A stretch of 64,000 bases of DNA from the human T2T-CHM13v2.0 reference genome, Homo sapiens: assembly GCF_009914755.1 (NCBI RefSeq), contig NC_060932.1. One strand, written 5' to 3'. A program made the translations under genes and the position numbers. A model generated the notes under the pieces. That model saw only the letters and a program-made list of their open reading frames with translations, was not told the origin of the DNA and made no database searches. Below are positions 27,270 through 44,304 of this stretch, piece after piece (within the stretch, counting starts at the first letter, position 1; each line of letters starts with the position of its first letter).

Positions 27270-27680
27270 ACTCTTTATCTGTGTTTGCAGCTTTGGTGTT
27301 GCCTGCTTCAATCTCCCTTAGGAGACATTCTGTTGCTAGATGGGTCTTACAGCTGACTGCCTCCAGCTGCTGTCACTGTGGAACCTGCCACGGAGTTCGA
27401 GGAGGCCATGTTCTTCTGGGATGTGTCCTGTTAATGACTGAGCACAGTGGCGCAGGGAGCTGTCCCATTTCCACCTGACGCAGGAGTCCTATAACAGACA
27501 AGCAAGGCTCTGGGGCTCCCACTGGACTGGCTTAGGCTGTCTCAGAGCTGCACTGTGCTACCCGATCCCTTCCTGCTTCTCCTCTTCTCAGGGGTCCAAA
27601 TGGCCTCTCTTCCTGTTCCTGCCCCCCATACATCCTTTGGGCACCGAATCCCAACTTGGCGCCTGTTTCTCTCAGTTGCT
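27270..27680 (+). mobile_element. Old ERVL LTR (LTR16/LTR33-like)
   Basis: GGGCTCCCCACTGGACTGGC..TCTCAGAGCTGCACTG..ACCCGATCCCTTCCT. Confidence 0.55.
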
Positions 27681-27849
27681 GAATTGATAATGTATCTGGA
27701 AATATAATGCATGGGAAGCTGTGGCATTACAACAATAACTTACTTTTGTGGTACTTTATAATTTTCAAACTGAGTTTATTCAGAAGTGGGCTATCATATC
27801 TCAGGCCATTTCTTGTTAATTTGAACAGTAACATTTCAATCATTGCTGA

Positions 27850-28025
27850 TTCACAGAACTTTAATAGTGTAGGGTGTCTAAGGACCATTTATTTTAAATC
27901 TCCCTGTGTTACAGATGACGAAATTCGGAAGCTTAAAAGTGATTTGCTCAAGGGCAAATAACAAATTAGAGACAAAATTGAACCACATGAGAGCCCAGGA
28001 GCCCTTTCAGATATGATGTTGCCTA
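27850..28025 (-). mobile_element. MIR-family fragment
   Basis: TTACAGATGACGAAATT..AAGTGATTTGCTCAAGG core (reverse complement). Confidence 0.65.
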
Positions 28026-28269
28026 TACAAAAATCTTAACCTCAGTTTAAGTAAAGCAATTATTAAAACAATTATGCAGTAAAGATCTAAATGTTATATT
28101 TGTTGAGTCATGCATTGAGCACTATAAAAAAGATACTTTGATTCTCTTCAACTTCAGTGATGCAGTCCTTATCCTATATACCATAATAATTTTGAAAGTA
28201 ATGAATTAATTTACATTAACTTAGAGAACTTTTAGATGCACCAAAATATTGAGCAGAAAGTGAAGAGTT

Positions 28270-28500
28270 TTTATATTACTTTGCTAGAGCTGCCCCCACA
28301 GCCTGTGTGGCTTAAACAGTGGAAACTTATTATCTCACAACTCTGGCAGCTAAAGTCCAAGATCAAGGTGTCGGTGGGGATAGTTCCTTCTAATGGCTGT
28401 GAGAACCTCCCTTCTAGCTTCAGATAGTTTGCCCGTAATCTTTGATGTTCCTTGGCTTGTAACAGAATAACTCTAATCTTCACATTACATTCTCCATGTG
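28270..28500 (-). mobile_element. MLT1 LTR fragment
   Basis: GTGGCTTAAACAGTGGAAACTTATTATCTCACAACTCTGG..AAGTCCAAGATCAAGGTG. Confidence 0.8.
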
Positions 28501-29830
28501 AATCTATAGATGGAGTTGGGAAGAACTGACATCTTGGCAGCAGTGAGTCTTCTTATACTCCTGGATAGAAAAACATTGAGTATTTCTCCATTTATCAAAT
28601 CTTTGACTTTGATCATCAGAGTTTTGTAGTTTTGTTTATGTAGAAGTGCCAGTTCAATGATGTGTCTTTAAATTAAAATTCCATTTTCTCATTATTGGCA
28701 TATTGGAAATCAATTGACTTTTGTTAATTAACCTTTTATCCTTCAACCTTTGTGTAATCATTTATTAGTTCCAGAAATTTTTCTTGATTTTTTGGGATTT
28801 TCTACATAGAATTCAAATCATCTATAAACTAAGGCAGTGCATGTCTTCCTTCCCAATTTCTTTATGTTTTATTATCTTTTTTGGTCTTATTGTATTATGT
28901 AGAACTTCCAGTAAACTATTGAATACAAGTGTTGTGAGGGGACATCCTTGTCTCGCTCCTGAGCTGAGAGGGGAAGCATCTAGCTTCTCACCATTAAGTG
29001 CAATGTTAGCTGTACATTTTTGGTTGATGTTCTTAATTAAGTTGAAGAAATTTCCCTTATTCCTAGTTTGCTGAAAGTTTTTATCATGAGTCCATGTTAA
29101 ACTTTGTCAAATGCTTTTTCTGCATCTATTGATATGATCATATGAATTTTCTTGTTTATCCTATTAATGCATTGAATTATATTATTAATTTTCAAGTGTC
29201 AGATCAGCCTTGCATACCTGGAATAAGTTTCACTTGGTCATGACATATAATTCTTTTTATACATTGTTGGATTCAACTTGCTAATGTTTAGTTGAGTAAT
29301 TTTGTATTTACATTCATGAGAGTTCTTGGTCCACAGTTTTCCTTTTTTGTAATGTTTTTGTCTGGTTTTGGCATTAGAGTACTGCCAGCCTCATAACATG
29401 AATTAAGATGTGTTTTCTCTGCTGTTATTTCCTGAGAAAGATTGTAAATAATTGGTATAATTTCTTCAGATAAGAATTTACCAGTAGAATTTACCAGTAG
29501 AATTTACCAGTGAACCCATCTGGACCTGATGCTTTCTGTTTTGGAAGGTTATTAGTATTTATTTAATATCGATTGGCTTATGTAGAATATCTACTTCTGA
29601 TATTGTTCAGAAACTGGATCATTTCATCTAAAGTATTCAATTTGTGAAGATAATAATATGTTCATAATATTCACTTATTATCTGTTTAATCTGTTTAAAG
29701 TTCACACGATCTGTAGTGATGGTTCTTCTTTCATTTCTGATATTAATACTTTGAGTCTTCTCTCTGTTTTTCTTAGTTAGCCTGGCTAGATATTTATCAA
29801 TTTTGTTGGTCTTTTCACAGAACCAACTTT
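28500..29830 (-). mobile_element. Old L1M ORF2 segment
   Basis: AAATGCTTTTTCTGCATCTATTGATATGATCAT; GGACATCCTTGTCT; GTGAACCCATCTGGACCTG. Confidence 0.88.
29473..29511. repeat. Perfect tandem (AGAATTTACCAGT)x3
   Basis: Three exact 13-bp copies. Confidence 0.95.
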
Positions 29831-30739
29831 TGCTTATATTTAGAGGTAATCAGTTATCCATATAGTAAGATCAGGGCCCATTTTATGTAATTTTTATTCT
29901 CACATATAAACACAGTATGAGCTTTTCTATGGTAAAAATAAACCAGTAAAAACCTAAGACCTGAAATATAGACCCATGGAAATAGTTGCTGAATTCTAGG
30001 CAAATATGGCATGTCATAGGGAGGTAAATCTGAAAAGATATTTGGCACAGTCTGAATTACAGAATTAATTTTTTTATGATAATCAAGTTAAAATGTACTG
30101 TTCAGAACAGAGCAATCCTCATATTCTTGGTTCTATTATTTGCCTCTATTATTTTTATATCTCAAATATTTCTATATGGTTCTATTTTGGGCCAAATATT
30201 GAACAATGGCAGAGATAAATGTGGTTTTAAGGATTGAAAGACTAATGGGGGTTAAAAATACTTTTCAGGATTAAACCTAAAATAATGTGATGCTCTGGGT
30301 TGATTCTAGATTGAAACATTATAGAGACAAAAACATAAAGAAAGTGTCCTTTGAATTGCTTTCAGTAGTAACAACTTATTAGTAAAAAATTAATTATATA
30401 AAAAGGAAAAATGAGAAAGATGATATACTTGAGAAATCAAACACATCAAGTTAAAGTAATTTACACTCAGTACTGAGAATGGTAGTAAAATTAGCTAAAA
30501 TATATCACATTTTACTGGTTGACATCATAAGCACACAAATGCATTTTAAAAAAATCCAGTTTAATCAAGATGACTTCCTTGTTAAAGAGAGAATACAGAA
30601 AAGTCCCGAAAGTTATAACCTTGGGTGGAACATATAACTTATTTTGGATTTTAAAAATGGAACACATCCCAGTTTCCTTCCGCATGGGCTACCGCCTGCC
30701 TGTGCAAGCCTCCTTACCTGGGATTGCAAGAACTTCCCA

Positions 30740-30950
30740 ACAGGCTTCTGCTCTCTGATCATGACTCTTTTCTAGATAAATCTTAAAAGATAGGGTCATC
30801 TTTTAAAATGCATGAAAGGCCTAGTCCTCTCACTGCTTATTAAAATCTTCTGTGGCTCCCCATTGCTCATAGAGGAAAAGCTGACCTGCTGTGCTTTATT
30901 GGCCAAGCCCTTTGTTACTGGTCCTTTCTTGCCTAGTTGTCCCCCAAACC
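30740..30950 (+). mobile_element. L2 fragment
   Basis: TAAAATCTTCTGTGGCTCCCCATTGCTCATAGAGGAAAA. Confidence 0.55.
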
Positions 30951-31632
30951 TCTCTCCCTTGTTAATTTTTCTGTATAAAGTACAAAAATGAGATCACCTG
31001 ATAAATTTTTGCTCAACAAGTATGAATTAAAGCTATAGGAATAAACCAGAGACATTACAGATTTAAAGAGGGGAGATTATTACCTGAGAAGGCACATTCC
31101 AGCCAAATATCCTATTTTGGAAAGAAAAAAGAAGGAACATTTTTTTCCCCTAAAACTTGGCTGCATTTACATTGACAAAATATTGGAAAATGATATTGCA
31201 TATATTAATATATGCAATGTATTTCTTTTGAGAATCATGATATCTAGTGTTTTTAATAGCATTCCATGCCTATTTAACATTGTTTTAGAGTGGCTCTTTT
31301 GGAAGCCTATATCATGAATTGGTGGATTTTATGGATATTTGCTTATGATTTGAGAAGTTTAGTAAACCAGAATAATCCAAATTGCAGTTATATTACAATT
31401 ATATTTCTTATTCTAAATGAAAGTGGGTAGCTTCATTTTCTGCAAAGTCGCTATAAACTGGTTGAGTTTTTTCAAGAGGTATATAATACATTCATCCTCT
31501 TGCTGACAAATTCAGTTTTTCAAAGGGGAAGTTTAAGAACCAGACCCTGGACTTGAATGAATACACAGAGATAAAAGTCATGCCATGAAACACTTTTGGA
31601 AACATCATCTAAAATTTTTCAAGCTCTGGTTT

Positions 31633-31707
31633 TGTGCGTGTGTGTGTGTGTGTGTGCATGTGTCTGTGCGTGTGAGAGAGAGAGTGAGAGAGGAGAAGAG
31701 AAGAGAA
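31633..31707. repeat. Compound (TG)n-(GA)n microsatellite
   Basis: Seen directly in the sequence. Confidence 0.9.
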
Positions 31708-31714
31708 ACAAAGC

Positions 31715-31850
31715 CAGGCTGGCGTCACTCAGTGCGCACGAATCAGACATTTTTGGAAGCAACACAGGTAAAAATAGAAATGATGGTGTCATCAGATTAT
31801 TGGCGAGCCTCCAAGTCTAGTCGTATGACATAATTACGTCATTGGGAACT
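31715..31850 (+). promoter_or_regulatory. Candidate promoter/regulatory element
   Basis: Retained CpGs, CGTCA, TGCGCA, ATTGG boxes, ATGACATAATTACGTCAT near-palindrome, CAG|GTAAAA donor. Confidence 0.4.
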
Positions 31851-32864
31851 TCTGGATTTCAAAACCCTTGAGAAATTGAACATGATCAGTAGCTACTAAA
31901 TAAAACTGATAGCTATTATATGAAATTGCACTGGGTTGTTAAACTGGTAAAATATTATGTGTTTATATACTCAATAAATTGTTTATTTCCTCTACTGGCG
32001 TTCTAGATTCCATGGTCAGTAGTGGGGATATAGTTACTGAGAGGATGTGCTCAGAATCCCCTTGCCCTTGCAAAAGACTCTATCACAGTTTGAAGTTTTC
32101 TTGGAAAGTTTTCATCTCTTTTAGGCACTCTGCTCATTGTAGCCCAGCCAGGCCTGTTTTTCCTTGAAAATACCCTTGAAAGTGGCATGCTCTTTCATCA
32201 GAATTCTCATAAATTATCTTTCCTCTTTCTTTTTTCTACTTCCATTACCTTTTTCCTTCGTGACTTGAGATTTTTGGTAATGATCTATTAAATGACATAC
32301 ATTGTATTAGATTCTGAGATAGAGAAAATGATGAGACAGTCTTTGCCTTCCAGGAGCTCTTATTCCAAGTACCAACTACCAAGGTTAATAAACTAATACA
32401 TGTGAGTGTTCCAAAGACAAATTCTAGCTTATCTTGTAAATTCTTCTACATGTGATTTTACTTAAAAGAAGACAATGTAGAATTAGGAGTGAAGCAATTT
32501 TGTGACAATGTGCAAAAGATGCTACCAGAGAAAATGCTGTGTCATAGACGCCAGGGATGGGAATGTGTGGGTGTATTTGCTATCTAACTATCTAGTCCCT
32601 CTGATCTTGGTGTAATGAGATTCTACTCCTAATAAAACTGAGAGCAAGTGTCTTAGAAAAGTGTAACACTAATCATTCATTAACAAAGCTTTTACTTTAG
32701 GACTCTAATATGAGCCTGATGTTATTCTTCACTGGAAACTCTTCCTATTGTGAAAATGGTCTATGTAAAAATAATCAAAGGACATATATTTGGCTAATAG
32801 ATAAGTGAGAAATTCAGGAAGTCTTTTGGGAAGAGTAAAAAAGAAACAACCCAAAACTTGGTTT

Positions 32865-33010
32865 ATGTCTTAGGTCAGTTACCCTAGAAGTAGAGTTAGA
32901 TTGGAAAAATATTTTCAAGTTATTTATTGGGCAAGTGTTCTCAAGAAAAGGGAAGCCAGATAGAACAGGAGAAAAAGTCTAGCAACAATGTGGGCCTGGG
33001 AGAGAATGCC
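32865..33010 (-). mobile_element. Old ERVL LTR fragment
   Basis: TGTCTTAGGTCAGTTACCCTAGAAG..AAGTTATTTATTGGG resembles LTR16/33/41 ends. Confidence 0.5.
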
Positions 33011-35387
33011 ACGGAGCCTAAACAAATGTCATGATAGAAAGTTAGACTGCCACACTCCATAGAGTCTCTGAAAAGGCTAGCTTTGAAAATGAGAGTTACC
33101 AACTCTCTGCTGAGTTGTAGATCTCATACTATGTTTAAAATATAGATTTCTAGAGTGAACAGAGTTTTGTCAAGTCTAGGATTTGTATCCCTTTGGATTC
33201 TATACTTTATATATGATTTTTAAAAGCATACCCACCTTCTAATGTGACTCATGCATCAGTACCTTCCTCATCTATTTAATGTCATTTTCTGTTTCTCTAC
33301 TCCAGCTTTTTGGTCACCTACTTGCATTCTGCCTCTGTTTAGGAGTGACAGAGAAAATCATAACTCTTTATTACCTCTTTCTTTAGCTTTCCCACTGCCA
33401 TTAACATAAAAGCTGTGTAAGGTTAATTTTCACTGGGATCTTGGAGAAAATAGATAAATAAACAAAATAAAAATAAAATAAAAACAAAGCTAAAAACTGG
33501 ATTTCAATAATAAATATTCCCATATTCCAAAGTAAAAGGGAAAAAAGTTAAGCCTTTCATTTTAGAGCCCATGTTGTCTCTCAATTTCAATCTTCCTTGC
33601 CCATTTAAAGGCTAGTCCTTCTTCTTTCTCTGAGAGAAACCATTCTTTAAATTACCCCCTTGTCCTCATTCCTCACAGCTCTTATCATAGGTTCCATCCC
33701 TCTGCTTGCACAGAGAACTTCACAAGATTAGATCCTCTGCACAGGCAGATTTTCAAAATTCTTTGGAACAAGGCAGTTGACATCCCAAGCAAGGTCACCT
33801 CGGGGTCTCTCTACACTCAGGGAGAGTGACAAGTTACCTGGTTTCTAGCAGGTAACTCTTGGAGGAAATGCATCTATTCACATACCATTCTAAGTCTCAT
33901 TGCTAATTCTCAGGCACAGGCCAGTTTACACACATATTAAAGGAAAACATTTTTCTTGAATGGATAATCTGCTGATATTCCACCTCAAAATATGAAAAAT
34001 AAATGTAAGTCAGTATAGCTTTTGCTACTCTCTTTTGTTCCCGGCCAAGGGCCTAAACCATTTGCGTGTATAAGAAACATGACTTGTAACTTTGCTTTGC
34101 CAACTATTTAAACCATCTTTGCCTGGTTGGAATATTTAATTTTACAAAGATCCGGTGGAAGCTAAGAAAGTTAAGTTTTTTTTCCTTTAATTATGAAGCA
34201 GCCTAACTTCTTTTTTGGGTTATTCTATGTCCTCTTCTTCTTTAGTCACTGCCTCTCATCCCTCTTCCTCGAATCTAGAGGCCCAAATGGTTTATAATAC
34301 CACTGTCCAGCCTCAACATCTAGACAGAGGAACATGGTGGGGTGAAATCTGACTTTTTGACTTTACTATAATTGAACAAATGCTACGTTAACTGGCTTGT
34401 AAGAACTTTTCCAACAGTTTACACACAAATAGCTTTCTTTGGTAACGGATCTTGGAATAATTATTAATTTGATCAGTAGTTCTGCTATGCATGGCACACA
34501 TGGAATCATTTATTTAAAAGCAAGCATGTAGTTAAAATGAATGTTGAAATGTAAATATGTGCTACTGTCAAAATTCTTCAAGATACTGGTTTGGCATTAA
34601 CGTTTAATAGTCTACAGAGTTTTACTTCAGTTTCTGTTGTATTCTCTGATTTGTTTGCCTTCTGAAACTCTAGATATTTTATCAAACATTGATAATGGCT
34701 TCTATTTTAGCTGTGTTCAATCTTTTAAAAATGACTGACAGAATATGCTCAAGCTAAAAAGTTGTGTTGGCATCTGGAGTTTGTGTCCTGCCAAATATGC
34801 AGCAGACATGATCTTCTGGGTGGTGGCATTGCTGGAAAAGATCAAAGCTGTGGCCAGAGACTGTGACTGCATGTGTTCGGGCCTGGAGTATTTGGCAGGA
34901 GCTGTGTTCTATTAATATTTATTGGGATCTTGCAATCAATTAACTTTTCTGGTCTACTTTTTTCATGTGGTAAAAGGCAGAGGTCACTTTGTAATCTGCA
35001 GTGTCTCTTCTATTCTTCACTATATCCAGTGGCACATGGCAGCTCTAGGGTAGATCGCTGCACTAAGGCAGCCACACAGCAGGAGGGACTTGAAGCAGAA
35101 GCCAGCAGTATAGAGGAACCCAGGGTGTGCTTGCAGCCCTTGTTTTCGGAAGGAGTAGAATGAAGGAGGGGGATAAGGAGGAAGGATTGTAGACCCAAAT
35201 AAATGGGGTACATTATAAAAAGTCAGGATCGACTAGATACGAGGGCATAACGTTAAGGGAAGAGAACAGATCCAGTAAATGAAGAATAAAATAGGTTTCT
35301 AAGGGAGGAGTTAAATAAGAAACATGAAGGAACCAGCATACAAGGTTGAAATTAATAAATTCTAGAGCAATTTGAATTTGGAGTTGA

Positions 35388-35702
<315 letters not shown>

Positions 35703-36439
35703 CCTAACTCAGTATTTTACATGATTTCTAGTGCAAAAGTCAGAGCTGGAGCACACACACCTTAAAGTACACAAGATTCCACAGAGGACTGCTTGCTAAC
35801 AGAGGGTATTCCAGGATCTCGGTACCAGAGATTCCCACAAGTATACTTAGGGTTAAGCTCGGGAATCTTCTTTTATGACACTGCATAATGTTGTATGTTG
35901 ACAGTAGAGAGAGGAAATAGTAGCAACCAACAACACCGACCATTGTGAGATTATACAGTGACACTTGGTCTAAGATGCTGAACTGTTACTCATCATTATC
36001 ATCATCTTCCTTTCTAGTATTTAATGACGCTGTACTTCTTGAAAAGATGTTAACATTATTCTAAGTAAGTTAAAATAAGAAGACATTTTGTAAAGGCAAA
36101 GATCAAATAATAATTTTAACATTCTTTGAAGATTTGTTTCATATATCAAAATAACATTGCTCTGTCAAACTTGCTAACTAAATTATAATGGATCACTTTT
36201 GCTGAGACACCTATAAATGAACCTCACTCTTTTAATAACATTCTTTATCCTGCTCTTAGAATGCATTTCTATTAAGGCACCCACTAATTTACCACCATAT
36301 TTATGTATATCTTTGCAATGCCTTTATTTGTTCTAGTGAGGTAGTTATCTGTCAAATTAAAATTATGTGAAATTAAATAAGAAATAATTCCAAATGGCTT
36401 TGGAATTCAATTGGTACACTTTAGCCAACATGAATTAAT

Positions 36440-36603
36440 TTTCTTTCTTTTTTTTTTTTTTTTGAGATGAAATCTTGCTCTGTTCCCCAAGGTTGGAGTG
36501 CCACAATCTCAGCTCACTGCAACCTCTGCCTCCCAGATTCAAGCAATTTCCAGATAACTTTTGCATTTTTAGTAGAGATGGGGTTTCACCATGTTGGCCA
36601 GGC
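36440..36603 (-). mobile_element. Truncated Alu with internal deletion
   Basis: TCAAGCAATT jumps to CCAGATAACTTTTGCATTTT; ends at TTGGCCAGG. Confidence 0.9.
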
Positions 36604-36859
36604 CTCTACTGCAGCAACTGGGAATGTGCCATCTTTACTGCAACAGATCCACAGAGCCTTTGCTGCTTGCTTTATGCTACTGATATGGCTTTCTTCTCAG
36701 TACTCATCGCTGAGAGTAATATTAATCAAACATGGTTTTTACATGAAAAAGGCAAAACATTCCACTACAATAGACTGAATTTAATATGAATTAATATAAA
36801 TTTAAATCAATATGATGCGATTCAAAATATCATTCAAATGTGAATCAATATGAATTAAT

Positions 36860-37055
36860 CATGTTGATATCCCAGAGGAAATCTTGGTGGTACACTATAA
36901 GGATGACATCCTGCTGTTGATATGTTGACCAGGAAGTGACAAGTTCTATGAATACCTTAGAAAGCTTGCATGGCAATGGTGAGCCATAAATCCCATTAAG
37001 ATTCAGGCTCCTTGATATTAGTGAAGATTTTAGAAGGCCAAAGGTCTGGGACATT
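36860..37055 (+). pseudogene. Ancient ERVL-class reverse transcriptase fragment
   Basis: DIPEEILVVHYKDDILL..INPIKIQAP resembles ERVL HYIDDIML..INPTKIQGP. Confidence 0.7.
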
Positions 37056-37070
37056 TAGAATAAACTGAGG

Positions 37071-37168
37071 CAGGAGATGGCAAATTAAAGCCCAATGGCA
37101 GCAGTCTTAGTTTGGTAAATAAAATTCTCTTGGAACACAGCCATATTCATTCATTAACATGTTGTCTT
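37071..37168. mobile_element. MER58-like hAT fragment
   Basis: CAGGAGATGGCAAA..GTAAATAAAATTCTCTTGGAACACAGCCATATTCATTC. Confidence 0.65.
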
Positions 37169-37184
37169 TTTAAAAAATTAATTT

Positions 37185-39478
<2,294 letters not shown>

Positions 39479-39893
39479 GGACGCCTTTTTCCCAATAAAA
39501 GCAAGGGGGACATAGTGACCAAAATTGTCAAAATCTACTTTCTTTGAACTCTGGAAATTCACCAAAGGCTTGCAACATTCTGAGGACCAAAAAGGCAAGA
39601 AAAACAGCTGAATATTGGTAGGAAGAGCAATCACTGAAGCATTTAAAACTTGCTCTATTTTGATGCCTCCTCTGAACTCTATGGCAGCCTTGAAAACCAG
39701 TTGCCTCAGAAGCATGGTGATGTGAAAACCAGCAGCCTAGCAGCCACTGGAAAGAGTGGAATAGGTCCATAGTTTCTGATAAAATCCCATCCCCAGAAAG
39801 ATGTATCTATTTGATCTGAGAGCTCTCCAGAAAAGTCCCATTCACAAACTGTCTATAGTTCACCTGACACAAAATTCACTCAATGAGAAAGTC

Positions 39894-40225
<332 letters not shown>

Positions 40226-40240
40226 TGAAAATGATTGGTG

Positions 40241-40303
40241 AACCAGGCACAGTGGCTCATGCCTGTAATCCTAGGACTTTGGGAGGCAGAGGCAGGCAGA
40301 TCA
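40241..40303 (+). mobile_element. Alu 5' fragment only (~60 nt)
   Basis: CCAGGCACAGTGGCTCATGCCTGTAATCC..GCAGATCA, then stops. Confidence 0.88.
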
Positions 40304-41445
40304 ACTATGTAGTGGTGGTGCTACCAGTTGGGTAAAACAAAAGACCTGAAAAAAAAATTTACTTCAAAAATAAGTTAAATGAGATATACTTAGGGTTTTT
40401 GAAAAGTTCTGATCTGATACAACTCTGGAGATCTATAAGACCATACATATGTGCATATTAGCATGCACAAGAAATACCTTAATGTCTCAGCAATGAGTGA
40501 CCTTGAGGCTCCATGAAGGCAGAAAGCAAATGTCTGGGAAGAACTGTAAACTGCTGAAATATTGAAGATGTGAACCAACAGATACACAGAGCCCATTGGC
40601 AAAAGATGATGTGCTTGCTGAAAGGCATTTAACAAAATCTCTGTTCAATCGTTAGCTGACTAGTAAGCTAACTGAGAAGAGACATCAGAGGCAGCAGCTG
40701 AAGAAAGAGAAATACTTTATAGAATGAGTCTTCAAAAGTCATTAAAACCCAAACAGGAACAAAACCAATTCTTAGGAAAGAGGGAGATCTGATTTCCACA
40801 ATTGCCACATTATATTTTTTACAATCTTCAGGAAAAAATATAACACATGCAAATAAACAAGAAAGTATTGTCCATACACAGAATAAAAGCTGTCAATACA
40901 AACTGTTTTTGAGGACAGTTGTACTCACTAGACAAAGACCCTAAATCAGCTATTCTAAATCTATTAAATAACAAAAAGAAACCTTGTACAAAATATTAAA
41001 TGAAAACATTAGTGCAATGTCTCAACAAATAGATGTTATAAATAAAGAAATAGAAATTATAAAAAAGAACAAAATAGAAATTCTGGGGTTACAAAGTACA
41101 ATAACTGAAATTAGAAAGAAGTTCTCTAGATGTGTTCAATAGCAGATATAAGTAGACAGAAAAAAGAATCAGTGAACCTGAAGATAGGACAACTGGGATT
41201 ATTCATTCTAAAGTGGAGAAAGAAGAAAGAATTAAAAAACAAAGACTCAAAGAAATGTCAGGCATTATCACATGTACCAACAAACACGTAATGTGGGTAT
41301 CAAAAGGAGAAAAGTGACAAAGAGGGGAAGAAAGAATATTTCAAGAAGTGATAGCCATATTTGGCCAAAACATTGCACCTCCAAGACACAATGAATTCCA
41401 ACTGTAATAATCTCCCCAAATTTAGCATAAACCCTTTAGAATCAC

Positions 41446-41737
41446 TTTTTTTTTTTGAGATGGGGTTGCATTTTGTCACCCAGGCTGGAGTACAGTAGTG
41501 TGATCATAGCTCACTGCTGCCTCAAATTCCTGGGATCAAGGGATCCTCCTGCCTCAGCCTCCCAAGTAGCTAGCACAGGTGTGCACCACCACACACGGCT
41601 AATTTTTTCATTTTTTTGTAGAGATAGGGGTCTCATTATCTTGTCCAGGCTGATCTTGAGCCCTTGGACTCAAGCAATCCTCTGACCTCAGCCTCCCAAA
41701 GTGCTGGGATTACAGGCATGTGCCACTGCACTCGGCC
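41446..41737 (-). mobile_element. AluJ
   Basis: GATCATAGCTCACTG..CCTCAAATTCCTGGG..GATCCTCCTG are AluJ-type features. Confidence 0.92.
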
Positions 41738-42310
41738 CAAACTTTTAGAAAGCCAAACACACGGACAGAATCATGAAAGCATCAAGAGAAAAGTGACTCA
41801 TCAGACAAGAGATTCTCAATAAAACTAATAGCTGACTACTTATCATAAACCATGGAGCTCAGAAAGCAGTGGGATGATATACTCAAAATGCTGAAAAAGA
41901 TTTGTAAACCAAGAATAGTTCAACCATCCCTCACAAATGAAGAATACATTAAAACATTTCCAGGAAGCAAAAACAAATAACCTGGAGTCAATAGACCTTC
42001 CCCACAGGGTGTAATATAGGAAGTCTTTCAGGCTGAATAAAATAATAGTAGACAGTGCTGTAGACTCCAAATCACAGGAAGAATAAAGAACACCAGTAAA
42101 GGTAACTACATAGATTTTTTTTTTCTACATGTCCAGTCTAAAAGATAATTGCATAAAGCAATCATTAAGAAGCTGTGTTGATGGACTTATGATATAAAAC
42201 AATCTAATTTTTATGACAATAATAGCATAAAGCAGAGAATAGGAAACACAGCTATATTAGACCAAAGTTTTTGTATATTTTTGAAATTTAGTATTTAAAA
42301 ACAAAATTTG

Positions 42311-42623
<313 letters not shown>

Positions 42624-44304
42624 TTAGTAATCCAAGCCAGAATGTTTTCTGTTAAGATGTTACGTGTAATCATCAGGACTATAACTAAGAAAACAACACA
42701 AAAACAAAAAGTAAAAGACATAACAAGGGAATTAAAGTTTAGACCAGCAAATATCTATTTAATGCAAAAGATTTCGTAATTGTATAAGAGAGGGAAAAAA
42801 AGGCTTAAGACATTTAGAAAACAAAGAGCAAAATGGCTGACAGAAGTCCAGTCTATCAGTAATTACATTGTATGTGAATGTGTTAAACACTTCAACAAAA
42901 GGACTGAAAATAACAAAATTGACTAAAAACAAAATATATGATTTCACTGTATGCTTTCTAGAGAAACACCTGATAGATTCGAATACATTAACAGGTTCAA
43001 AGTGAAAGGATGAAAAACGATACACCATGAAAATAATAATGATAACAACAAGAAAAGTTGGAAGGGCTCTAATAATATGTGACAAAATACACATTAAGAC
43101 AAAAAAATTTACTGGAGATAAAAAGGACACTTTCCAATGAGAAACTGATTAATCTATTAGGAAGCACATCAATTATAATAGTGTATGAAACTAACCACAA
43201 CAATAAAATAAATCAAATAAAGTCTGACAGAATTGAAAGGAGAAATATATAATTCAACAGTAGTTAGAGATGTCATTACCCCACTCGAATAAAGATGCAA
43301 CAACTAGACAGAAGAGGTACAAAGAAATAGAATAGTAAAAAAGGCTAAATCATGCAAATCTAATAAAAGTAACTTCACCTTGCAAATATAGGATGCATGT
43401 TCTTTAACTTTCACAAGAAACATTATTCAGGATAAATCATGTATTAGGCCATAGAGTAAATTTTAATGCATGTAAACAGATTAAAATGATACAAAGTATG
43501 TTGTCAGGCCAAAATACAATCAAAATAAAAATTAATAAAAAAGGCAATTTGCAAAACTTACAAATGTGTGGAAATTGAACATTATACTTCTAAATGAGTG
43601 GGTTAAATGCAAAGTCTTCAGGGATATCAGCAAATACTTTGAGACCATATAAAAAGAAAACACAATATTGAAACATATAGAATGCAACTAAAGCAGTGCT
43701 TAGAGAAAAATTATAGCTGTAAATGCTTATATTCTAAAAGGAGAAAAATCTCAAATTGATAGCTCAACTTTCCATCTTAAGAAACTAGCAAAAGTAGAGA
43801 AAACTTAATGAAAATTAAGCTGAAGCAACAATGTAATTAAATTAGAACAAAAACAAAATAAATGAATAAAAATAGAAAAATGAAATCAAGTTTTGTTATT
43901 TAAAAAATAAACAAAAATGATAAACTTTCATTTATATTGGCAAAAAAGAGATGAAACTTTCATATTACTAAAATAGAGATGAAAATGGTGACATTCCACT
44001 GACTGTATGGAATTTTTTTTAAAAAAGGATTGTAATCAACACTAAAAAAATTTGAATTAAACTAATTTGATAACGTAGATGAAATTGACTAATTTCTAGG
44101 AACATAAAAACTACCAAAACTGACTCAGCTAAAAAAGTATAAAATCTGACTAGATTTATACCATGTAGTGATGTTAAATTAGTAGCTACAAAAATTTCTC
44201 AGGCACACAAAGTGCAGGTCCAGGAGGTTCTATTGTGAATCCTACCAAACAAATAAAGAACAATTAACTCCAATTCTTCACAAACACTTCCAGAAAACAA
44301 AAAG

